64,000 nucleotides of DNA. Source: Eledone cirrhosa (Eukaryota). Made by a program: the position numbers and the translations under genes. The notes under the pieces are model-generated. The model was not told the origin of the DNA. It did not search any database and saw nothing but the letters and a program-made list of their open reading frames with translations. The stretch lies in the NCBI GenBank assembly GCA_964016885.1, contig OZ024748.1:43710001-43774000 (forward strand), given 5' to 3'. Positions 38,060-51,300 of this stretch are shown one piece after another; positions within the stretch are counted from its first letter, which is position 1, and every line of letters begins with the position of its first letter.

Positions 38060-39293
38060 TTTTTTTCTCCTCAGATTCGTCTGTTTTTATTTTAATTTTT
38101 CCTTCCTTCTCTATGACGTTAGTTGGGAAGGAAGGGGGGACTAAAGCGTGCGAGCTTACAACTCTTACCGCTGTCCCCCCACCACTATTTTCGTTCGCTT
38201 CGTTTAACATTTCTGTCAGACGATTGAACTTTTTTTTGCCACAAAATTTTTTAGAATAGGTTTTTCACCTCTAGGAGGGGTAAAGATGAGCTGACCCACC
38301 GCCTGACAGTTCAGACGGGGGGGGGGGGTCAAGCTACACAATAGTATCAAAATTAAATTTGAACTCACAAAATTTCCGCAATAAATTTGAACAAAACTTC
38401 TGCGCGAAGTGAATTACATCCACACTGTAGAACAGACGACAGCTAGATTATAGAAATACTATAAAGATAGCTTATAAAACAGGGTGAAGACCCTTAAAAG
38501 ACAGAAAAAGAAGTTGCCATCGGCCGCTATTGGCAACCATTTTGGAATCCTCATGGTTGCCAATAGCAACTTCTTTTTCTGCTGAGAATATATATATACA
38601 CAGTGTCCCCAAAAAAATGTATAATACACAAAGATTGTACATTCTAATAAATATTGCCTGTACAGGTAATCAAAGTGTGTATACATTTTTGGTGGACACC
38701 CTGTGTATATGTATATATAATTATATTTGAGAAAAGCAAACAAGATATGAAAAAAATCTTTACCTATTTACTTTGATGTCCTGACTGCTGCAGTTTTGTT
38801 GAGTAATCCCAGTTTTTTTTAGTTCTGTGACAAGTCTCAGCACATATATGTGAGAAAAACCACAGACCCTCTATCTCAATTCTACTTTTGTAAAGCAGAA
38901 GAACTGCGAAACCGGTAAAGGAACCAAATAAATATATATTTTAAAAAAAAAAAAAAAGACTCCTGTTGCATTTTCGATTTCATCTTTTTTCCCTATATAT
39001 ATAATATATATTCAAATGAAACAGTTCTAGTCCTGTAAAAGTTTGGTAGGAATATTCAAGGGTGAGAGCACTCAGTCCATAGGACGAGTTTTATATAAAA
39101 AATTACAACAGTGACATAAATAGGTACTTAAGTTTTGTTGGGTTCTATATATATATATATATATATAATATTAAATAAATGGAAACTATATTTATAAAAC
39201 CATATTTATTTTATTATATATATTTCAAGGGTACCAAAACACTTTGGTACGCTTTCTTCAGATAAAATGCAAAGTTTGTTTTATAAACTTTAT

Positions 39294-39354
39294 ATTTTAT
39301 CTGAAGAAAGCGTACCAAAGTGTTTTGGTACTCTTGAAATATATATAATAAAAT
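39294..39354 (+). ncRNA. Type-I hammerhead (mirror copy on minus at 39208-39268)
   Basis: attttat CTGAAGA aagcgtaccaaa..tttggtactctt GAAAT atat ATA ataaaat; perfect 7-bp stem I. Confidence 0.78.
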
Positions 39355-39780
39355 AAATATGGTTTTATAAATATAGTTTCCATTTATTTAATATCATTGA
39401 ATATTTACTCCAGTAATCTATTGAGTGCTCTAAATTAGTTATAAACACTTATATTTATATTTGTCAGATTTCCAACAAATTAAATACCCCTTCTACTTAT
39501 ATATATATATATATATATATATTAGGATTGGTGCTCTGAAATAGCGATGTATACATGAATGTATGTATAGTATATTTGGCAATATACCGTGTGTTTAATT
39601 AAAAACATTGCCAAATATACTATACACACATTCATATATACATCGCTATTTCAGAGCACCAATCCTAATTTTTAATTTTTGCTGGACCAGCAATCACTCT
39701 GTATAATCAGTTCCTGATTATTACTGGAATTCTATAAGAATCCAGCCTCTATAATTTTCGGCAAAGGCGGGGAGTACGTT

Positions 39781-39821
39781 GCTCTGAGGATCGCCAACAG
39801 CATGAAACAGAATCTGTCAGC
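39781..39821 (+). ncRNA. Type-I hammerhead, weakened stem II
   Basis: gct CTGAGGA tcgccaacagcat GAAAC agaatct GTC agc. Confidence 0.65.
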
Positions 39822-41520
39822 TTCTCTCCCTTCTTTTGTCGAAAAAAGAAGTGACATAGTCACGTTGCTGCTTCCCTGTCAGGAACACTAAAACTCCATC
39901 AGACTTCATAGATTCTTTAAAAAATCAACATATTCTTTATACCCTGTATTGCATTGACTGAATTCTCTATCGTATATTTCAAGGTTTTGGGATTCACATT
40001 GAAAATGAAGACTCGAACCTACACTACGTATCACCTGATAGCACTCCAACTCTTCCATCCTCTATATCTATATCTATATTTATATATTCTCCAACCGTGT
40101 TATCTATTGTTTATTTGCTACACCATGATCTCTATTTTATTTCTTCTGTATTTTGATTCCTTCAATATGTTTTTATTTACTTCTGTTTTTACTCCCACAA
40201 TTACCACCCTGGGCATCACTGCATTTTATTTATGTTTTTATTTATGTATTTATTCACTTTACTCTCCTTATATACTTATGTTACCTAAAATTAGCACACG
40301 ACCCTAGAATATTACTCTCTGCACCCTTTATATCTGTTTATCTTTAATCACTCCCCCTACCCACTCAGGAATCACACTACATATAACCCGGGCTAACTGG
40401 GGACTAAATATAGTATGCTTACCCATTTCATCAGATTTTGCCACTTTTAAACTTCACATCACGGGTGTGAATAACTAATAATCGTTTGGTACACGCGATG
40501 ATCCAACTGATGTGGCGGCTTTCCCGATCGCACGCCAGGCGCTCGAGTCGATCAGCCTTCCTAGAGTGCTTGGGAAAATAAATTTCCCCCTCTTTCGATA
40601 AACGAAAATACTCGGAACGGTTGTTACGCCCTTGGGCGGGCTTGGAATCTGCCGTGCCACCGGTTATTGACCGCCAAACAGTATTTTTGAATTCTAGGCT
40701 TAATCATAACTTTAAATTTTATCATGCCTCTTTCTACTAGCCCTTTAACTAAATCCCCCACCAGTGTGAATAACTAAGAATTGTTTGGTATACACGATGA
40801 TCAGCCGACGGTGGCAGGCTTCCCGCTAGCACTCCCAGTGTTTGAATCAGTTAACATTCCTGGAGTGCTCGGAAAAATAAATTTCCTTTTCTTTCGGGAG
40901 ACGAAAATACTCGGAACGGTTGACACGCCATTGGGCCCCGGGTGGGCCGAGAGTCCGCAACATCACTGGTTACTGACCGCCAAACATGGGCTTAGTCCTA
41001 ACTTTATATTCTACCCTGAAACTTTATCATGACTATCAATAATACAATTAACCTTTTCATAAACGCCTCCTTCTGTAAATTCTTTAACTAAATCTCCCAA
41101 ATTTAAACCTAAATCCTTCTTTTCTAATCTCATCTTAAATGACATCTTTTAATTCTAAACATAAATTTTACATTTCTAATCGTTAATCGTAATTTCTTAC
41201 CCTACAATGAAAAATATACTGTACAGGCGCCCACTATATATAGGTTTGTTAAAGATATATGTTTTTTGAAGAAATATGTTTCTTAACCCTTTTTAGCACT
41301 TCTGACCAACTTCAATGTAACCTTCTCCAAACTTTAGCCTCTGTCCGCGACGGGGTGGTAGTAGTACACTATAAGCTTACGCCCCTTCACCAGAAAAGCA
41401 TAAGAATTGGTAGTCGTCACTTGAGGGCGGCTGACCAAAATAGAAACTACTAAATGTGTGGCCGCCTTCTTGTCTCTGCTTTTTCAGCTCCATGGATTAT
41501 ATTCCTTTGTTAAATTTTGA

Positions 41521-41578
41521 ATACCTGATGATGTCACCGGATTCATACTGAACCTAGACATTGAAATGATCATAGTGT
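41521..41578 (+). ncRNA. Type-I hammerhead motif
   Basis: atac CTGATGA tgtc..gg(a)ttca tac tgaacc..gaca tt GAAAT gatc ATA gtgt. Confidence 0.68.
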
Positions 41579-42554
41579 AATAAAACTTTAAGGAATTACA
41601 CCAGTCCAGCCTCCTGTTATTTTATAATAATTAACTCCGTACTTGCACCACCACCAACACAAACGAAGACGGGTGAGTTGCATTATGTCCGGTGCTCTCC
41701 CTAATATTACATCGAGGTTGACCATACGGAATGACCAGTTCTATCCAGTGGTGAACCAACAAACATAAATATATATATATATATATATATACTGTAGTAT
41801 AAGTTTGGTAGACATATCCAAGAGTAAGTGCACTCAGTCCATAGGACGAGTTAAGTATAATTCGTTACAACAATGACATTTACAGGTAGTTAAGTTTTTA
41901 GATGAATACACAAACACTTTAACCCTTTAGCATTTACATTACTATTATATTTTCATGGTAAAGGCTTTATCTCACATAATTCTTACATAATATGGAATCT
42001 AAGAGATTATGATATTTATTTTGAGAACAATACCTTAATATCAGTATGAGCGGTCAGTTATGGCTGGTTTGAACAGAAAAAGGTGAGGGAAATCCTGGCC
42101 GGATATAGCTAGAAGGTTAAAATAGTTTTATATTGTAGAACCAGGGTTAGTTCTAGGCAGGCTGGTACCAAAAGGGTTAATGAAGAAAACAAACAAAATA
42201 AATTACTGTAATTAATAAGGAATTTATTATTATTGTAAATCTTTATACAAAACCAGAACTATTTACACCATTTTTATTAAAGATATCAGCATTCTGTAGA
42301 AAGAACTTCAATCATTTAAGAGACTTGTGATTGTGAGGCAAGATAGTATCTTAAGGCAAGTAGTATTGTAGGGTAAGAAATTACGATTAACAGATCCAGA
42401 AAGACAGACAGACAGACAGGAATCTAACTACAGTGAAAGTGATGTCATTTGTTAGGTGCTTGTATTATTTCTCACACTTTCTTTTCTTCAATGTCCAGTA
42501 AATCTTTATAATAATGATTGTATTGTGTGTGTTTGTGTGCATATAAATATTATA

Positions 42555-42585
<31 letters not shown>

Positions 42586-42715
42586 GAATGTATGTATAGT
42601 ATATTTAGCAATATACCATACGTTTAATTAAAAACATTTTGAAGACCTTGCGCTATCATTTTTAAAGTAGTGACTATGTCACTTACTTCTTTTTTCGGCA
42701 AAAAAAGGGAGAGAA

Positions 42716-42756
42716 GCTGACAGATTCTGTTTCACACTCTTGGCGTTCTTCAGAGC
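42716..42756 (-). ncRNA. Intact type-I hammerhead
   Basis: gct CTGAAGA acgc caaga gtgt GAAAC agaatct GTC agc; paralog of 39781-39821. Confidence 0.8.
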
Positions 42757-43441
42757 ATCGTACTTTGCTGAAAATTATAGAGGCTGGGTCCTTATAGATT
42801 CTGATTATACAGAGCAATTGCCGGTCCAGCAAAAATTAAAAATTAGGATTGGTGCTCTGAAATAGCGATGTATACATGAATGTATGTATAGTATATTTGG
42901 CAATGTTTTTAATTAAACATCCGCTATATTGCCAAATACACTATACATACATTCATGTATACATCGCTATTTCAGAGCACCAATCCTAATATATATATAT
43001 ATATATCAATGTGATGCGCATGGAGGATGACCGATGGGTGAAGAAGTGCCAGTTGAAGGAAGACATGGTAGAGGTAGACCACGAAAAACATGGGCGGAGG
43101 TGGTGAGAACAGACCTCAGATCATTGAAGCTCACGATGGAGATGACGAAGGACCGTGACGAGTGGAGAGATGCTGTGCTGAATAAGACCCGTCCCACCCT
43201 TGCAAGCAGGGATAAGCGGACGTAAAATGATGATGATATATATATATATATATAACGAAGGAGTTGTAAGGAACCAGATGGACCATAACGCACCAGAGTA
43301 CTCAATACTTAGGGTAGTAGAGTGGGTAATAGGAAAAAGTATGACCTCGACAGCAGAACTCAAGCCGTTTCGACGGCTATTTCTGAACAGAAATAGCTGT
43401 CGAACCTGCTTGAGCTCTGCGGTCGGGGTCATACTTTTTCC

Positions 43442-43472
<31 letters not shown>

Positions 43473-43591
43473 CCCAACAAAACTTAAGTACTTATTTATG
43501 TCACTGTTGTAATTTTTTATACTAAACTTGTCCTATGAACTGAGTGCTCTCACCCTTGAATATTCCTACCAAACTTTTACTACAGTATATG

Positions 43592-43641
43592 GCTTCTACA
43601 GGGCTAGAACTGTTTCATTCGAAGGAAATCATCAGGAAAGC
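43592..43641 (-). ncRNA. Type-I hammerhead at the centre of a fold-back
   Basis: gctttc CTGATGA tttc cttc gaat GAAAC ag ttctagcc ct GTA gaagc; decayed paralog at 62260-62305 (+). Confidence 0.7.
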
Positions 43642-43748
43642 TGAATGAAACAGTTCTAGTAATGTAGAAATCATTTCTATATTAAAAGTTTATACTCTAT
43701 GTATTGAGTGCCTTCCTTACTGTGGTTACCCCTGATTGAACTCGGGAT

Positions 43749-43782
<34 letters not shown>

Positions 43783-45268
43783 CAATCAAATTCTCTTCTG
43801 ATAGTTTTTCCTCACATCTCACCTATAGAATTCTCTTCCTTTCCTGACTTTTAACTATAAATATTCAAAAGTAATATCAATTGTCCTCTTCTCTCTCCTT
43901 CAATTATGTTGTATCTCTCTCTCTCGTCCTTTTTCTTTGAAATCATGTGAGAGATAGAGGGTGTGTGTGTCATGTGGTGCATGTGGCGTGTGTATAGCAT
44001 GTGGCGTGTGTGTGGCATGTGTGTGTGGTGCATGTGTGTGTGGTGCATGTGTGGAGTGTGTGTGGTGCATGTGTGGCATGTGGAGTGTGTGTGGTGCATG
44101 TGTGTGTGGCATGTGGGGTGTGTGTGGCATGTGATTATGTTCTGTCTTGGCCTTTTCCCCTTCTCTCTCCTTGAATTATGTTGTCTCAATAACCCCTTGT
44201 ATTTTAGTGGCTTTCCTGCCTTGCTTGGGGTGAGTAAAATAAAAATAAAAAAGGCAATATGTCCTCTATGAGACAATATTTCTGTCATTTCACACATTGA
44301 AAACAGAAGGTTAAGGAACATCAGTGGAGGTATTAACAGTTTATTTACAAAAATTATAGACACAGGAGAAAACAGTTTTTAAATTAAAGACTAACATGAA
44401 ATGTATTGAAAGTGTTTTAATTGTTCTCTGGTCTTTTGAAACTGAACAATATAAAGAGCATGGAGGAAGGGAAGGGGGTTAATAAAGGCATATAAACATA
44501 GAGCATGGGGGAAGGGAAGGGGTTAATAAAGGCATATAAACATAGAGCATGGGGGAAGGGAAGGGGTTAATAAAGGCATATAAACATAGAGCATGGAAAT
44601 GGGGAAGGAAATGTGGAAGGAAATAATGCATGCATGGTCCTCCTACTGACGGAGTTGTAGGGGGCGCCATATTGACACAGCGTTTCTAGGGCATTTTTTA
44701 AAACCGGGTGTAGGAGAGTGGGATCCCCTCTCCAGGTCTGAACACAGCAGATTTCTTCCAGAAAAGGATAGAAAGAAAGGAAGTGAGAAAGAGATATAGA
44801 GGAAGAATCAACCCCAGTACCAGACTGGTACTTTTTTTTACCAACCTCGAAAGGATGAAAGGCAACCTGTGCTTATCCCAGTTTCATTGCTGTTAAGTGA
44901 CAGAGTACAAGACTCTCCACACCCCTTGGAAAGGATGCCAGCCCATTGTAGAGTTAATCCACAGCTACTGCTTGTACTCACTTTTCAGCTGAGGGGACAG
45001 GAGTAATGAGAAATGGAGTGTCTTACTCAAGAACACAATACCCCACCCAGACCAGGAATTGAACCCACAACCTTACAATCAAAGGTCCAACATCAACCAC
45101 AAGGTATGTAGAGCAAAATAGAGTTAAATACCTTTTCCAAGCACCATAATGTCTCCATAAAATTCAAACTCACAACCTATTAACCAACAAGCTGATATCC
45201 AACAAAGCCATTACAACTTCACTAACATATATACATTCTATATACATAGACATGTTCGTTCACACACA

Positions 45269-45300
<32 letters not shown>

Positions 45301-45495
45301 AATACTATATCAAATATATTGACATCAATTAATATAGTTGTTTGGGAAAACCAAGAAAAGGCAACCATTTTTCTTTTAAAACAAAACAGTAAGCCAAAAC
45401 CCAGATATAGACAGACAGACAGGTAATATTTCTTTAAAATGAGACATGGAAAGAGAAAAACCAACCAAATGGAACAAATGAAAATAAGTGTTTAA

Positions 45496-45760
45496 CCCTT
45501 TAGCATTTACATTACTCTATATTTACTATTGTATTTTCACAATAAAGGCTTTACCTCACATAACATTTACATTACTCTTTATATACTATTGTATTTTCAC
45601 AGTAAAGGCTTTATCTCACATAATATCGAATCTACGATATTTTGATATTTATTTTGAGAACAATACCGTAACATAAATATAAGCAGCCAATTATTGCCGG
45701 TTTGAACAGAAAGAAGGGAGAGAATCCTCACCAGATATGGCTGGTTTAAATGCTAAAGGG
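45496..45760. mobile_element. piggyBac-type MITE (representative copy)
   Basis: TTAA|CCCTTTAGCATTT...AAATGCTAAAGGG|TTAA; other copies at about 26440-26660, 41923-42116, 54422-54611 and the two expanded copies below. Confidence 0.85.
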
Positions 45761-46062
45761 TTAAGATAAATGCTAAAAGGTAACAAAAAAAAAAAAAAAA
45801 TGTCCTGAAGGATATTACAAAGTTTATCATATAACAATTGTTTGTAAATACAAAAATTACTAAGTCCAGATTGTTCTACGCTAAGACAGTGTAAGTTATC
45901 GGAAAACTATGTGCCACTACATATGGCACATGGTTTAAAAGGCCTTGACCACTTTACAACAGCTTGAAGAATGTACAAAAAGTAAAGGGCAGTGTTTATG
46001 TTCTATTGTCAGACTAAGGTGAAAGTATATATACACATATATACAAACACACACAAACCTTA

Positions 46063-46119
<57 letters not shown>

Positions 46120-46314
46120 AAAGTAAGGTTTATTTTAAATGTTCCACATAGGTAAATATATAAGGAAAAAAAAATTGAAAATGCAACTGGGGTCTTAAGA
46201 ATATTTATTTACCGGTTTCATAGTTCTTATGATTTTCAAAAGTAAAATTGAGATGGAGGGTTTGTGTTTCTGTGAGACAAACCACAACAGAAACACAAAC
46301 CCCTCCATCTCAAT

Positions 46315-46358
46315 TTTATTTTTGAAAATCATAAGAACTGTGAAACCAGTAAAGTAAA
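46315..46358 (+). ncRNA. Hammerhead-like motif with U3-A8 variant core
   Basis: tttattt TTGAAAA tcataagaactgt GAAAC ca GTA aagtaaa; mirror copy on minus at about 46203-46246; paralog at about 38885-38920. Confidence 0.5.
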
Positions 46359-47199
46359 TAAATATTCTTAAAAGACTCCAGCTGCATTTTCAATTTCTTT
46401 TCCTTATATGTATATATATATATATACCTACACATATTCATACACACACACATATATATATAGAGAGATAGATAGATACATATATGTGTGTGATGTGTAT
46501 AACAAAGTGTTGAGAGAGCTCTATAAACAGTAGAAGAGTTATATATTTATTAATTACATAATTTTGCACAACATATATATATTGGTTACCACCTGGTTTC
46601 CTATGTATACAGGTCAATTTTTACAAGATAACAATTGTTTACATGTGTATGTATGTGTGATATACACGTCTCCAGTCACGAATGAATTCTAACCATGACT
46701 ATTTTCTTTATTGCTATAATCAACATCCAACTTGAATTTTCTACTATTAAATAATGATTTCTACTAAAAATTTCACTTAGAGGCCATGTTTCCAGCATAC
46801 AGCCTTATATGGTTTTGATTAAACAGTACCTTCCAAAGACACTCCACGCATTGTCCCTACCACATAACTATTGTCAAAATGATTGTTCAAATACACTCTA
46901 AATACATCTGCTATAAAAAGGCAATGAAAAATTCAAAAAAAAATACGCAGAAATACTTTACATTATTAACCCAATCATTACCATATTTCTAATAAAATAC
47001 ACTGTATTCTAATTAATTAAGGAAGAATTTGGAGGCATTTACTGAAATTATTTGTTTCATTAAGATATTTGTAACATAAAAGGTTCTTACATAAACAATT
47101 ATATTAAGTTTTAATTTAAACTTATTTGAAATTGGTGGTTTTGTTTCATAGAACCAGTCGTGGGTTTTAGTTGAGTCGTATCAAAATGGTTAAATAATC

Positions 47200-47610
47200 C
47201 TTTCATTGGCCAGTACAAAAAGGAAGCTTTCGGTCAAACCCCGGTATTCGTTTATCTTCTTCTCTGTATTCTGCGCAGTGGTGCCCAAAGCTACAGGCAG
47301 AGAACGAGTCACAATATGTCGCACCTCAGATTAGAGATTTACTTCTCTTGAATGGGAAGAGGGTTATTCTGTCAGGGTGCTTACCATCGCCACAATCAAG
47401 GCCAACTGGCTCCAGTTGGTCTAACCACTTCCTTTTTGTACCAGTTACTGTCAAGACATCTGCTTTCCTTGGTCTCCGCACTGCCGATTTCCTCTGCAAA
47501 ATCAGAAAGACTGCAGCTTGCCTAAGGAAGGAGCCATGCGAGGTGGGGTGGCTGTTGCAGCAGGTGTCACTGGTCATTCTCCATTGCAATGTCTTCACCA
47601 TTCAGGCTGA
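47200..47610 (-). mobile_element. CRE-like RLE retrotransposon fragment
   Basis: LEPVGLDCGDGKHPDRITLFPFKRSKSLI resembles CRE LEPxGLxRxDGKRPDGITLxPWxxGKxL. Confidence 0.65.
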
Positions 47611-48279
47611 ATTGTAGGGTCTGTCCCTCCCTCCCTGTTGCTTAATTCTTTTATTTTGTTACATTTAAATATTTATTAATTGTAAATATTATTATTATAT
47701 CCTTTCATTTCTCTTGTAAATAGAGATTTGTTCAAAACAGGGTTTCAGAAATTACCCCCATCCCACCCCCCACCATGTCGCCTCTCCTTGGTGAACTATT
47801 CTTCCAGTAATAAAACAGTTTGTACCATATTTGATGGTATCTAAGACTAACAGACATACAAGACCCCCAACAGTTTTCAACAGGAAATATTAGGAAAAAA
47901 ATGTTGCCCTCATTTATATTTCAGAGTTTTAATGTTACAGTATAAGAACAACAACAACAACCAAGTTAACAGTGAAGAGACTGAATTGCTATTTAGAAAA
48001 ATGAACCCCTTCCTTACCATATTTCTAATAAAAGGTGTTGTCTAAGAGTTTTATATAATCTCGAAAATAAAGATTTGGAGGGATTTAATAATATAAGTTT
48101 CTCATTGATAATTTGGTGTCTGGAACATAACTTAATGGATGTTAAAGAAAATTATGGTGGAAAGTTTTTAGATAAATGTAAATACTTTAAAAACAGTTTG
48201 GTATCATTGAAATATTTTTCTTGTTAAATCATACAAATATCACGGTTAGATACTGTAAATGGCTTGGAACCATCAAGAC

Positions 48280-48330
<51 letters not shown>

Positions 48331-51300
48331 AGGTGTCCAAAACAAATGTATACATACTTTGATTATCTGAACAGGCAATATTTATTAGAATGCTGTTGAA
48401 GTGTGTATACATATTTGGGGGACACCATGTATAAATATATATGTGTGTGTATGTATGTGTATATATATATATATATATATATAAAGGTTGTTGCACAAAT
48501 TCTGTTGCATTTTCTATGCTTATCTTCAACATAAAATGAATTATATTTTATTTTAATTTTTTAATTATTGTAAGAAGTTTTTTTTTTCCGGCATGCTTTT
48601 GAAATATTTACATGTGAGAAATCATGCAATAATTATATATGTGACCCCAAAAAATGTAGACACACTTCAACAGCATTTTAATAAATATGTATATACATTT
48701 TTGGGGGTCAGCCTATATATATATATCCATGTGTGTGTTGTATTAAAAGGAATGTAGTAAGATTGATTATTGATAACAACACAGAGTATATAGAACATAG
48801 ATAATTAGTTGGAGTCATGTGTTGATTGACAAATTTCTAATTTTCTGATAAAATGGCTTGCAGCGTCCAAAAGAGAGTAAAAAAAAAAAAAGGATAACTT
48901 TTTTCATAATTTTAGGGGAAAGATAGGCGAGTAAGATATTCTTAACCCTTTTGTTACTGGATTTCTAATGAAATACACTGCCTAAATATTTCATTACACT
49001 GCTTAACTGTTTCATTACACTGCTTAAGTGTTTAATTTTTCTTATGAAAGACACTGATGAAATATTTCAATACATTTGGAAAATAATTATAAATTTAGAG
49101 GAATTTAATGAAATAACTTTCAATGATGTTCAAAGAATTAATTAACAAAAAATTCTTAAAATTATGATGGAAGTTTTTTATATTAAGTATGAGCATTTTA
49201 AAACAGGTAATTTTGGGGTTGAGTTGGTATGACAAATGGTTTTGAACAATTTTGAAAGAAAACAGAGGAAAATATGAAACATGACAAGGAAATAGCTTAC
49301 AAGTGTATAAATGTTTCATTATTCCAATTGAAATTGCAGCTAGCTTTCATTACCTCCCATAAATAATTCACTTTAGAAACTGGATGTCTCCATATTAAAA
49401 ATGCAGCTAATCCTGATCAAATCTAAAAGCAGAAAATTAGCAAATTGCTTCCATTTTTCTTGGAAGAGGAGATAACTGACAGTGACTAGCTACTCCACAT
49501 CAACCAATCATTTTAGAGAACAGATCTTAGTCTAATCTATATCCATACTGTCATGTGTTATAGCAAAGGACTCAATATAAGCACCAATCTTTCACACACA
49601 CACTCTGCCCTATCAATTTTTTTTTTTTTTTTAATATTGACCAGACAACAACAATGTGTAAATTTAGATAATGAAATTATTCCAATCTTGTTCAATAACA
49701 TGATATACAGAGAAACATTTTCAAAAACAATTCCACACTGAAATAGATACTTTGGGAGATCTCTAACTTTAAGATTATAATCTGTTTTGTAAATATTTAA
49801 CAATGTTTTGGCATCGCCAGTCTGATCTGAACAGGTCAGAGGTTATATTATAAAACATTTTCAGAGTAATATATTTTGTTTAACAATGTACAATCAATAT
49901 TTTATAGTGAAAAAAAAAAACAACAACAAAAGGATTAATTACTTTAAGATAACAGCCAGTGTTGAGAAGATTGAAAGAGAATTACAACAACAACTTTTAA
50001 TATAAAGAACTTGTGGATAAAAAATCACAAATATCAATAATTGATTTCGATCATGTATTTACAAACTTCAGTTTCGCAACAGCAAAAAAAGATCTACTCT
50101 GATGAACATAATATTTCTTAAGTTAGACACACACACTTATTGACAATGTGTCAAACTGATGCCTTTAAATATCAGACAAGGCATCAATGTCACTGAATCC
50201 CATTTACTGACAGTGTCTAAGAATGAACTATAAAGATCTCTCTCTCAAAGTTCACAGTTTCTTATTTTCAAACTTTACAAGGTTAATAAAATAAATATTC
50301 ATAATATAACGATAGAGGAGGTTTTCTGTTTGCCACAAACATCACAGACAATTTTATTCACCAAAAACAAAATACTAATAGAAACTAAAAACTAAAGAAT
50401 AGTAGACAATATTAAGACAATGACTACTAAATAAAACATACAAAAAATATAAATCACACATACAAACGCATACACATACATACTAAAACATACACACTAA
50501 AACATACACATATATACTAAAACATACACATATATACTAAAACATATACAAAAAATATAAATCAAACACATACAAACTCATATATATATACAAACACATA
50601 CATATGCATACAAACTCATATACGTGTATACACATTAATATTACTGTTAAATAAAACAACAAGAAAACATTATTTAATAAATTCAATAACATTTTTGTTC
50701 AGTCAGAAAATATTTAAGATTACCAAAGCTACAAAGATATGAATACGAAAACTAATTTGTCTCGAAACAGTCCATCAAAGTTATTTCACAGCAACAACAC
50801 AAAATAAATATCTGTATATATATACCAACATATATATATATATATATATATATCACAATATTTGATTAACTGTTTCTGCCTAATCTCTCATAGTTTTCAG
50901 CCATTAGCTGGTAACCATCTTGAGGTATGGTCGTTAACCCTCTTGGTGCTGTTGGCGAAATAAGTCACCAATAGAGTAATCTCCCCTTAATAAATAATAC
51001 AGTGTCAAGGGAAGTAATTCATAAAAAAGAAAATTCAGCGTGCTAAAGGCTAAAGAAATAATATTGTATTGATCCTAGTACTTAGCCCGGTAATTATTTT
51101 ATCAATAATCTGGAAGTTACCTAGCTTTTTACAGATGTAAAAGAAGGTATTTACACTGACACACACGCATTGCCCCACACACAGACACACACACACAATG
51201 AAGTTGTCTAACAAATTCCACATACAAGGCACCAATCACCAGGAGCTCCAGTAGAAAACAGCCAATGTAGTGCACGGGGTCAGCCCACAACTCCTTAACT

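Larger units (their letters stand above)
33256..38451 (-). mobile_element. L1/Tx1-type non-LTR retrotransposon with both ends and 18-bp target-site duplication
   Basis: AGAAATACTATAAAGATA at both 33238-33255 and 38452-38469; ORF1 with CCHC knuckle, ORF2 with APE endonuclease, RT and zf-RVT; 3' end AATAAAGAAATA. Confidence 0.92.
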
